The position numbers were made by a program, and so were the translations under genes. From NCBI RefSeq assembly GCF_009914755.1, contig NC_060936.1: DNA of 64,000 nucleotides; one strand, written 5' to 3'. The first letter of the stretch is position 1; each line of letters starts with the position of its first letter. Shown here one piece after another: positions 14,861 to 27,544 of the stretch. The stretch is from the human T2T-CHM13v2.0 reference genome, Homo sapiens. Below the pieces are notes generated by a model. That model saw only the letters and a program-made list of their open reading frames with translations. It made no database searches and was not told the origin of the DNA.

Positions 14861-16146
14861 CCAGTGAGGAATTCCAGGCCTCAACAGCTGCCCTTGAGGA
14901 GCACAGGCAGAAGTGTGAACTTGTGAATGTAATTGATCTTTCCTTCCTTCCAGAGAAAGATTTAAGGGACACTGTTAACTGCTCGTGCCAGTTTGGAAGT
15001 GACCCTTCTATTAGGCCTGTTGAAGGGCCCTCCTGTAGGTTTCATCTATCCACCTGGCTTTCTCCTTATTGTTTACAGATGTAGTTCTTGTTAGAGGATG
15101 CCGCTAGCTCCTGCCCGGGGTCCCTATGCCCAGTCCCCGTTACTCTTAGAGAAAGGAGTTGGGGTGAGGGCCAGAGCTGGCAGTGGAAACTTGTTCTCTT
15201 TTTCACTGACACTGTCACAGCGGATGACAGACTTTCTACGGGGAGGAGGGGGGGATCATCAGGAAGCCCAGAACACTAACAAGCGGTTCTCCCATCTACC
15301 GTCAGTCCACATGGCAGGTCTGCTGTGTCCACACCACAGATGACCACATCTAATCCTGCTTCTACTCTCAGCTTTAGGACAAAAGCTCTGTCAGAGGCAC
15401 AAGCTGAAGGTCAAAAATGATTTAAAACATTTTACCTCAGACTAATTTCTTTAAAGGATTCAGGTTCAAAACTTAACCACTGCTTATTTCAGTGCACTGT
15501 TTCAACTAACACCCATGCTATTTTTGTAGTCAGAAACAGCTATGCAAACCCTACCTAATTTACAGTCTGAGCCAGCATGCTGGCTTGTCTACTGCATCCT
15601 CGGGACAGTCACCTGCCACTGAGTGGCCACTGTCCTTCCTAAATGTCAAGAAGTGAAGTATGTCACCCTTTCAGGGAAATTCAGGCAATTACTGAAATAG
15701 GAGGGTGGCAAGAACAGTTCTATCCTGGTGCCTTACGAATAAAAAACTGGATTCTGGTTTACAGCAGCTTTACAGTGATAGTTAAATTAACTGGGGCTAG
15801 GGGAAGAGCAAGCAAAAAGGGAAGAAGGACTCCTAGGCCCTTTCTAGTAAATCCTTCAGCAACAAGGCTGGCTTGGTGCCCTCCAAGCATCTAATGGCTT
15901 ATTAAATTATCCCACAAGTGGGTTTTAGGCTCCTTTTTTGAGCCAAAATGGAAGCTGGGAATCTGGTGCCATAACTAATGAGAAACTCCTTTAATAGCCC
16001 ACAATCAGTGTTCTGTTCTAGCTGGCTACTGCTTCACTGGATTGAGAATCTATCTATCTCCTTGCACACATGGGCACACACAATCTCCACCATCCAGGGA
16101 GGTCCTGAAGTCAAATCTCTATCTATACAAGTGATACAATTCATAG

Positions 16147-16928
<782 letters not shown>

Positions 16929-18157
16929 TAGTGTGAACCAAAAGAGTAAGTAAGAGTCTGAAGTTTTTTTAAAGGAGAAAGCTTATTATGGAAAGTCACT
17001 GGTCCTCCCCTCCGCACAGGAAAGGTACCCAGTAGATAATGAACCAAATTAAGTTCCCTCCCTCCAGCCAGAAGTTAAACATCTGGGATATGACGTCTTC
17101 ATGCCAGGGGCACTCATTTCTTAGCAGCCTCTCTACATACATCTCTCAGGTGGTGCCAAGAGGCACACCAGGTAGAGCAAACTTAGCAGCTCTGACTAAC
17201 AGGCTGCAAAGTGCAAGTTCAGATTCTGTGGCAGAGATTTGGAAGGCACCCACCTCCAGACTGCTTCCCGTCCAAGTTACCAGGACAGCTCAAAAACATG
17301 CTGACAGAAAACTCCCATGGCTCTAGGAAGAAGTGACACTAAGCCAACACCTTTCTTTATGTGGGAGCAGAATCAGCTGATGAAGGGGTGGGCAGCAGTG
17401 TGGGGCAGGCACCCCACTGGCTGCAGCTAGCCCACCATAGGCACAGCACATCCCACCACTCTCCTTCCAGTCCTGACCAGGCCCCAGCCGGCAACTTCTA
17501 CCGAGAGCCATGGCTCAACACCAAACTGGACAGTAGACATCATGATCCCTCCAGTTAGCTCTAATTACAGACCCCACCAGTACAGCTTGACAGCTCCCGG
17601 CACCATCCCTTCCTTCATCTGACTTATTGAACTTTTACAAACTAACAGTCACCAGCACCAAAGAATTAAGTCAACTAACCTGCCTTGAATTTTAGACCAG
17701 CAATCCATATGGCTTTATCTGGTATAAATCTTCTGCCTTTGATCATTTCTGGACCGTAGGAAAAAGGAATAGCAATCATTAAAATCTTGGGCCAGAGAAC
17801 ACTATTTTTACATAACAGTTTCTTAACCTAAAGTCAAGGCCTTGGACTCTTCCCTGAGGGTTGCCTGAGATTCCTTCATGCTTTCTATTCAGGACTAAGT
17901 CCCTTACTGCAAATGTGTTAGCTCTAACATCTCCCACAAGCTAGAGGAACTTGCGAGTATATTAACAAGGACACATCTGACATCCTGTGTTTGGTTAGAA
18001 TATACAGCACATTGTGATAACATAAAGTGGATTCATCTTGTATCATTATAGGCAGAAGGTATTTGGCAAATTTTTATGTATTGTTTTATGTACTGTACAA
18101 GTAACTTATTCTTGAATAATGCAAATTTTGCTATAATGTACAAATTGCTATATGTGA

Positions 18158-18163
18158 ATTAAA
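18158..18163 (+). terminator. SH2B3 polyadenylation signal (ATTAAA variant)
   Basis: ATTAAA preceded by several TGTA motifs (18077-18141) and followed by U/GU-rich sequence. Confidence 0.75.
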
Positions 18164-18771
18164 AAGTTTTCAGAATCTTGATTTGCTGTCATAATATTTA
18201 AAGGCTCTATTAAGACCATGGTGTCTCTACAAAATCCTTGCCCTGCCCAAATACTCGCTCTTCCCTTTGTCCTCCCCGTTGCAATCTGGGAATACTAACA
18301 AATGCTTATGAGTCCATCCATGTCAATAAGCAGCTTTGTACATCTTTGTATCTTTTCAGCCTTCATGCCCTCTGGATTTCTTTATTGCAATTTTTTTCTG
18401 AGTGTCTCCTGCCCCCTACTGGTAAAGTAGAAAAATGCCCGAATTGGGAACTTCCAGCTAATGACACTCATTTTGGTTCAGGAGATATTAAAAAGGAAGC
18501 TTACAGAATCGGTGTCAGCCCGAGGATGTGGAATTTCAGTGCTGCCCAACTCTGGCCAACCTTCCTCCTCCTGAAGCAGATCTCTAATCCACCAAAGAGA
18601 ATAGCTCAGTCTTGTCTTTTTCTAGAGATACCTTGAACCAGAACTAAGGGTGAAGAAGAAAAATCATTTCACAGCTACCTTCCGGGATATTCAAAATGCA
18701 CCCTTAGCACACCTGCTTTGATATTAAGTATCCTACAAAGAAGTAGCTTATACAGACACACACTAACTTGA

Positions 18772-19369
18772 TCAGTTTTTAAAACTTTTTTTATTTTTTA
18801 AATTTTTTTTAAGTTTTTATTTTATATTATCTACAAAGTAAAAGTTTTTCCCTTAACTTAAAAGTTGAACCACTGTAGACAGTGATCACCTCATCAAACT
18901 TGATTTATAAATAATAATCCGTCAGTTTGACGGTAAGAATTTACTGAAACTTTGTCAAGTTTAGTAAAAGGGCGTTCCAAGTCTTGATTTTTTTTTTTTT
19001 TTTTTTTTAGCAGTAATAGCAGCAAGAATCACTCTTGTTACTTCTTTTGCTAGCTGATGTGTTCATGACTTTCAAGGGTTATTAAAAAATAAATAACTTC
19101 CAGTTTCGGCAAGCAGAGCTGGGGTACCTGCGGGACTCTGAAACAGCATATGGAATTATGGAATAGCCCCCAAGTTCCTAAATGCCTCTACTCGGTCCAA
19201 GTATCTTCCACTGCAAGTGAACTGTTAGCATTCCTATTGGATGTTACAAGAAATCAACATATATATTTTAAAAACAAAATAAATGAAATTCTAGTTTTCT
19301 GTGCTTCCAGTTGGTAGAAGCAGTAGAAGGGAGGAGGGAATTTGGCCTTTCGGTTCCTCCAGGGCAGCC
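18772..19369 (-). other. ATXN2: ATXN2 3'UTR (~0.6 kb)
   Basis: Lies between the TAA stop (19370-19372) and the poly(A) signals; end approximate. Confidence 0.85.
18790..18821 (-). terminator. ATXN2 polyadenylation signals (two AATAAA)
   Basis: tttatt at 18790-18795 and 18816-18821; GU-rich downstream element on the - strand (tgtgtgtctgt). Confidence 0.8.
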
Positions 19370-19398
19370 TTACAACTGCTGTTGGTGGTGGGCTTGTA
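19370..19398 (-). CDS. ATXN2: ATXN2 terminal exon 25 coding part ((V)QAHHQQQL*)
   Basis: ttttacag| acceptor, phase 1; known ataxin-2 C-terminus. Confidence 0.95.
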
Positions 19399-20234
19399 CT
19401 GTAAAAAGAAAAGCGAACATTGAAACAGAAAACTGGCAACACCACACATCAGCCTAGTGTCTCTGCAGCACATGATTGTAAACTATCCTCGTGCTAGCTG
19501 AACAAAACTCAAAATTGAATTCGCTTTTCCCCCTCCCATCTGCACCAAAGTGGGGAGGGTTGGGTGGGTGGGTAGAAACAAACCAGTCAGACGTAAAACC
19601 ACTTCAGATAAAACTCCCAGAAGACTTGTTCATGGGGTAGAAAAAAAGGCCTTAACAAACCCCCTCCCCAAATATTAGCCAAGCACCAGTATTGCTTTCA
19701 GAATAACAGGTCAGACTGTGAAGTATCGCCATGGCAGCCATCAAGTAGTAGAGCACAATCACAGGGCGCTCTCCCCTGTTCAGGGGCTGGGGCTAACGCT
19801 ACACTCAAAGCCAGTCCATCCACAGCGCTTTCTCAGCAGTATCTTCTCCAGAGCTACAATCAAACTCTGCCATGGTAATAACCCCCCACATGTCAGACTT
19901 TTGGGACTCAGGAAGGAAAACACTGCCCTGTCCAGCCTGTCATAACAAGGAAGGCCAACTGAGTCCTAGGCATGCATCAGGCTGCTGTTGCTGCTGCTGC
20001 TGCTTCTCATCAAGCCAAATCCTGTATACCATCAGAACACACACAGACTCGGCTCCCGGAAGCCTCAGGCCCTGATGCTGAACTGATCGTCACAGTCCCT
20101 CCTGTGCACACTCCTGGACGGGTCTTGCTAGTTCTCAAATGCGGGGCTTGAAGCACTGGCCCTGCCTGCCATTCCACCTGTGCGAGCAGAATGCTTTGGG
20201 GTGCCCCGGCGGCCCCTGCACACACACGCCTCAC

Positions 20235-20403
20235 CTGAAGGGTGCGTCATATAGGGGAAATGCGCTGTTGTCGAGACTGGAATGGGCTGTAGTGCACTTT
20301 GAGCGAGGGCGGCCTGGGGACCGCCGGGTGGCTGTGTCGTCATTAGCATCATTGGCGCATGGGCAGTTGGATGAGAAGGAACCATTCCTGACTGTACATG
20401 AGC
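20235..20403 (-). CDS. ATXN2: ATXN2 exon 24 (AHVQSGMVPSHP...FPYMTHPS)
   Basis: tttcag| ... CAG|gtgagg, 169 nt. Confidence 0.96.
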
Positions 20404-21602
20404 CTGAAACAGAGAGCTCTTTTACGCATACAGGCAACATCTCCGGCTTCAACAACATGTCAACTGTGTTCCTTTCACTGGGCTGGGACTCTCAGGAAAG
20501 GGCAACGGTGGGCCTCAGGGCCCAGTTCTGTTCTCTGGGGACAATCTCTAGTAGATTATCTATTGACCTGAAGACGCGCTTCACCTTTGGGCAGATCCTG
20601 CAAGGGTCAGGGAGCAGGCAACAAGTGAGCCTGGGTAGAAGTCAGGGCTGTGCTGTCCTAACCCTTGACATTTCTGATCATTGTATTCTATGTATGGGGT
20701 AAGATCTTCACAAAGATTAGACACTGGATCCAAGGGCAGCTTTCTCAACTTAATATCATACAAGATTCAATGATGCTTCAGAATCAGGCTGCCATGTGGG
20801 GCCTGAGGTAGTTTTGCAGATAACATCCCTTTCAAATAGGAAAACAGATTACATTAATAAGCAGAGACTGTCACAGTCAAGTATGTGAATTACTTGGACC
20901 TCTGTTCATTTGCCTCTCTCCCTCTGCTTCTGGTCTGCTCACCAGGCAGTGAAAAGAGACTCTTAGGCCCCCGTGACTCTCTCAGAGATATGCTGATGGA
21001 GCAGGAGGAGGAGGAGGAGTTGGAGTTTTTAATGGCTCCAGTGAGATGGAAAGGAGTAACCTGAAGTCATCTGGGCCAGCCCAGCGTCTCTGTACCAAGT
21101 TCAACCTGGTCTCACTCACTGTCAAGTTGGAAAGGTGATTTTAGTCAGCCCAAACAGCTGGATTCCAGCTCTGCAGGGGGTTGGCAGGGCCAGGAAGAGC
21201 CCTTGTTTCCTTTTTCCCACACTGTGCACTGTTCTAGACTACGATAAGCCTTGGATGAAATGCCGTTTTTACTCTCACATATTCAAACGGGCACATGGCA
21301 AATTTGAGCTTCCCTGTGTTAACCTTTTTGCCCTTTCAGCACAAAAACAGAGTGAGGTTTTAGGGATCCCTGACTTACATGTAAGTTCACATGCCTACTT
21401 AGCCACCAGCCTCTGGTAGACACCTACAGGACCCCAGCTCTTATGAAGCTGACTCCACCAAACCACGCTGGCCCACACGGACCAAACCGGCTTCCCTCCC
21501 CACTATCAAAAAGCAAATCAACTGCAGTGCGCTACACCACAGAACCTAAACTTTGCAGGGTGAGGACGCCCAAACTTCCCAGAGCTGTGGAACTCTACTT
21601 AC

Positions 21603-21677
21603 AAGGTAGCCTTCTGAGAGATAGATCCAACTGAGTCGCATCTCTAGCCCACACCTTGCCAGAGCCTCACTGGCGCA
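21603..21677 (-). CDS. ATXN2: Alternative in-frame cassette exon in ATXN2 intron 23 (CASEALARCGLEMRLSWIYLSEGYL)
   Basis: ttaaatag| ... CTT|gtaagt, 75 nt, stop-free, phase 0-0 like the host intron. Confidence 0.6.
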
Positions 21678-22586
21678 CTATTTAACAGGAAATGGAATTC
21701 ATTGTGGCAGGTCTCACTTAGACCCGCCTCAGAGAGTTCTGTTATGAAAGTAGCAGAGACATCTAATACAGCCAATTCACCCGTAACAGCCCCAGGGAGG
21801 GCCTCAAGGCCAGCGTTAGAGCCCAACTTCAGTGCAGCTCCTTCTCCTCATTAAGACAATCCCCTGGGCCCTGGAGTGCAGGGACCTTTGTCAGCAGCTG
21901 ATGCAGACAGCAACCACTGAGATGGCAAGCACACCTTTCACCTGTAGCAGCTTACACTGGAGGTGAGCTCCAAAGTGCTTCCAGGGCTGCTCTTAAAGAA
22001 AAATGGGACCACCTGGGTGCTTCCAGCTTCTAGTTACACTGCACCAATGTCCAAGGCCAAGCCCTCTCAAGAGTACAACTTATGGTCAAAGCAGATATAT
22101 GGATAACCAGGGAAAACAATTGGAGAGATGTGTCTGGAACTCATGTGAGTAACAATCAAGTTGACAGGCCCCGGTAGTCACTTCGGAGAGCTGAGACTCT
22201 GTGAAGGCCATCATCCCTGCCTGGCTTCCAAGGTAAGTGTGTAGGGGAATATATATGTACACATATATATAGTAGTGAGGCTATATAGACATAGCAAAGC
22301 AGACACAGAAAGGAAAGAAGGACTGGGTTGCATTCCAGAGTCAAAGATATTTTTAAGGTCTCAGTTGGAAAACTAAAGGACTGACCAATCAGCACCTTCA
22401 CTGATCCCATGACAAAACCACACAAACATTCCCTTAGGGCCAGATCACGTGTATTTGAGAGGGAAAGGGAGACAGGCAAATGGCATGACACACAGGGTTT
22501 CCTAGCTGGGAGAGCCTCTAGCTGCTTACTGATAACCTTCACATTCTACTTGGCCTTCACAGAAAGTTGGCTAAAGCTGGTATTAC

Positions 22587-22814
22587 CTGAGGTACGTGGG
22601 CCATGTGGGGTGGGTTGGTATACGCCGGCTGAACGTGAGAAGGATGGATCGTAAAGACAGTCTGTTGTGCTGCTGGGAAACTATTCTGTGGCGACTGCGT
22701 GTTGGAGGCAGGTGTCATGGAGGGTGGAGTTGGCGCAAGCCCCGCGTGGTAAATGGCTGACTGCTGCTGTGGACTGGCCAGATGGAGAGCCTGGGCGGCC
22801 TGGTGCTGATGGTG
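22587..22814 (-). CDS. ATXN2: ATXN2 exon 23 (HHQHQAAQAL...MAHVPQ)
   Basis: tttgcag| ... CAG|gtaata, 228 nt. Confidence 0.96.
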
Positions 22815-23303
22815 CTGCAAAGCGACAGGAAAGAATTGAGAGGAAAACTTCTTTAATGAAAAGCAGCCAAGGGATACCCACAAAGCTAAGCTTTGCACAC
22901 TTGGGCCTATGATGAGGGTCACTGGAAAGTACAGGAGAATGTACAGGGTGGTAAGAGCAAGGCTGGAGGTGCCTCCCATCTGGACAACTCCTTTCTAGGG
23001 TACAGAAGCCTGATTCTCAGTCTGGCAGTTAGAAACTTCTGAGCATACATACTAAAGTCAAAAAAGACTACTGCCCCAGGGAACTGATAGATATCAAAGA
23101 CATCTTTAACTGCCTCCATTAGCAAACATAATTCAAGAAGCTCATAGGAAAATAACCTCATCACATAAACCTTAGAAATTAAAAAGTCCCAAGCAAATAG
23201 GAATTTGCCTTATGAACTTTATGTTAAATTTGATTTTTCATTACTGCAAGTTTCCAGAGCTTATCCAATCACCTTATTATCAACATGTATCTTAAATGTG
23301 ATT

Positions 23304-23606
<303 letters not shown>

Positions 23607-23771
23607 TTAAATGTGATTCTTAAAACCACCACCCCAGGGGCACAGCTGTATCCATCTTCACGAGGGTGGACATGCCATGTGTTCTGACGATGCGATACCT
23701 GGCACCTGAAGAAAGCACTCAGATACTAGGATAAAGAAGCCACTCCATGCAGACCTCTGAGTTGCCCTTAC

Positions 23772-23917
23772 CTGAACAGGACTGGGTGCAGGATGACTTC
23801 CACCATGTTGGCTTTGCTGCTGTCCAGTGGGGGTAGCTGAAGGCTGAGGGTGTGGAGTATGTGGGTGCAGGGTAGCGTTAGGGTGCGCATACTGCTGAGC
23901 AAGGGAGCCCGTGGAAA
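23772..23917 (-). CDS. ATXN2: ATXN2 exon 22 ((I/V)STGSLAQQY...PSPVQ)
   Basis: ctttag| ... CAG|gtaagg, 146 nt. Confidence 0.96.
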
Positions 23918-26013
23918 CTAAAGTGAAAGAAAAAGGAGCATGTACACAACCGATGTCTGACAACCTCCATCGCTCCTCTACACTTCATCAACTGAACTTT
24001 CTTGATGGTTACAATGCATAACTCACGCCACTACCAATTTCTATAGATGACTCCATTTAAACCATCCATTGTCTTGAAAAAATAAGTGTAGCTATTGCTT
24101 AACAGACTAGCATTTGGTTCATATAATACAGCTCTACATATGATATTAAAATCAAATTAGTTTGCATTTACTCTTAACGGTCACTAGGTTTTCCCAAAAA
24201 GGCAACTTGAAGGCATAGGCAGAAACTACTCAAACAAGTGCATTTTAGGTGCACACTCTTTAGCTCAAGGCCATCATCAGGCTAACCTCACCATGCTACT
24301 GCCCTGGAGCAATGTCCTGAGGGCACAGACTATATTGGGTGTGGTGGGGGATGGGGGTGCGGGCACTGTGTATGGTATGTGGCAAGGCCAGGGATCTATC
24401 ATCAGGGCCGAAGGACCACAGTCTCTCTCAGCTAATCACAGGAGCCCTTCTGCCACTCAGTTTACTTTCCCAAGCCCTAATGGAGGATCTCCCATCTTTG
24501 CTTTATGAAATAAATATAGAAAAGTAAACTCCCTTCTGAGTGCCCCAGCCCTTTGGAAAGAAATTTACTAGACTAACTTCAAAGGACAACATGATGGGCC
24601 AGTTTAAATCAAAATAAAGATAAGAACTGAAAGCCAGTTCTTTGTGAATCTCAGCGTGGGCCAAACCTTGGTACAAAAACCATTTCTTCATGTCTTTCAG
24701 TTTTTTGTTTTTTGTTTTTTTTTGAGATATAAGTCTCACTCACTCTGTTGCCCAGGCTCACTGCAACCTCTGCCTCCCAGGTTCAAGCAATTCTCCTGCC
24801 TCAGCCTCCCGAGTAGCTGAGATTACAGGCATGTGCCACCACGCCCAGCTAATTTTTGTATTTTTAGTAGAGATGGGGTTTCGCCATGCTGGCCAGGCTG
24901 ATCTCAAACTCCTGACCTCAAATGATCCGCCCACTTCAGCCTCCCAAAGTGCTGGGATTACAGACGTGAGCCACCGTGCCTGGCCTGTTCATGTGCTTCA
25001 AAAACAGTAAGTTGAGAATCAGAAGCAGAGTAGGATGTGTTCACTGCTTCCAGTGACTATGGACAGCACACCGATGATAAAAAACTAACCTCCACGAGGC
25101 AATGAGCTGAGAATAGAGCGTTCTCAAGACAACTCTAGCAAGGTATAGTTCCCAGCCCTCTCTTGAGAAACAAATCCTAAAATCCCTCAAGATAATAAGC
25201 CCATACACAGAAATGATTCCAAAATAGTTCCCCACATTCTTCATATAACGTGTTAGCAAACACAGACATATGCAGGACTGATTGGTGAGAGAAGCAAGCA
25301 CAGCTTTGGGAAGAGGCACCCTAGTTCCAGCAGTCTGGTAGGCAAGGCTGCCGAGTCACCAGCATAGACGGCTCTGGGTATATTCCACGTAAATGGTGTG
25401 CAGAGGGTTAGGCTAGGCACATGGAGCAGTTCTATAATCCTAGGTGTTGTAGGGCTAAGGGCCACCAACTCTCCAGCCCTAACAGTTACGTCTCCAGCTG
25501 CAAAGCTATCTCTTAGCAGGGGAAAGGGCAAGGCAAAGAGCCAGTTCTAGGATCACCTGTGCATCCACTGCCAATGCCACAGCTGGCATTAATATTCCTT
25601 CATATCCAGTTTAGACTGGATACAGCAGCTTTGTTTATACACTGGGAAAATTTTCCAGACTGTAGGAATTAACATATGCCAGAATATTTTAACAAGAAAA
25701 CTGTGGCAACATAGTCTCTGAATGTTTTTAAGAGTAGTGAACGTCTTCTGGGAGCTAGAACAAATGATGTACAAACGATGAAGCCTTCCTGAGCTTCACA
25801 GTCCCATAAGTCTATAAGACAGTCCTTTTTTTCTAACTTGGTGGCTTATTAACAGGCCCTCCATCATCATCATACTCATTAAGTTTACTTCCAGCTCCTC
25901 CAAGTTGTATAGGCACTGACTTGGTCTAAAAGATTTGATGTAAATTTCGAACCTGAGTTTGTTGTACTTGTAAAAATCTTACGTTCATTTTAAAAATGTA
26001 TTTATTTGTTTAA

Positions 26014-26511
<498 letters not shown>

Positions 26512-26625
26512 TGATCCGTCCATCTCGGCCTCCCAAAGTGTTGGGATTACAGGTGTGAGCAACTGCACCCGGCCTAAAAATTTATTTTTGAATAATAAAA
26601 AAGCCACATGTAGCTAAGTAGCTAA

Positions 26626-26763
<138 letters not shown>

Positions 26764-27529
26764 TGAGTAGCTAGGACTACAGGCGCGCCTGGCTAACTTT
26801 TTTGTATTTTTAGTAGAGACAGGGTTTCACCATGTTGGTCTGGCTGGTCTTGAACTCCTGACCTCAGGTGATCCACTTGTCTTGGCCTCCCAAAGTGCTG
26901 GGACTACAGGCGTGAGCCACCGCGCCCAGCCACAAAATGTTCTACTGGATAGTGATGTCTACAGTTGTCCATGGTCCCCTACTGTTAAACCATTAGCACT
27001 AACCCCTACCGCCACCCCAGCCTCTTAAAAATGTCATTTGTAACAATCTAAATCTGTCTAAGGAAAAGCAATTCCCAAATCCCAAATTCTGTTCATGGAG
27101 GTTCATAAAGATACAGTACGGAATCTCAGAGGTTTTTGTTTTTTTTTTGTAACTTTATTTATTCAAGAAATTTTGTACTAAAAAGTTTGAAATTTCACTT
27201 TTAAATACCTTCTAAGCAAAGTATTAAGAATATTAAAAAGTAACAATAAATATAGAAAATAATTATGCCCATGAAATCTCATAATTTAAGTTATTCATCA
27301 ACTGGAAAAATGTAAAAATCTTAAAATCATTTGAAGAGAAAAGTAAAGATGAAATATTTTTACTATGCATTTTTAAAAGGCATCTCTGCAATTTAAGTTT
27401 ACCAGTATTTAAAGACTATAATACGGTTTTCTAATCTATAGCTAATTTGCATGCATAGCACAAATACCCAAGCTGAGTGAATGTACATAGGCTTTGTTTA
27501 AAAAAACAAAAACAAAATCCTTTCCCTAC

Positions 27530-27544
27530 CTAAATACCGGTAAA
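27530..27544 (-). CDS. ATXN2: Candidate 15-nt neural-type microexon of ATXN2 ((I/V)YRYL)
   Basis: TGCctTGCaag|TTTACCGGTATTTAG|gtaggg; phase 1-1; ~108-nt AG-free zone; downstream TGCATG. Confidence 0.6.
   Translation of the reverse strand, partial: FTGI

Noticed and set aside
18988-19008. Proximal ATXN2 poly(A) site at the A21 run
   Set aside because: Genomic A-tract with no upstream AATAAA on the - strand; any 3' peak here is likely oligo-dT mispriming
19982-20002. SCA2 pathogenic CAG repeat
   Set aside because: That repeat is in ATXN2 exon 1, far outside this window; this one is a short intronic tract
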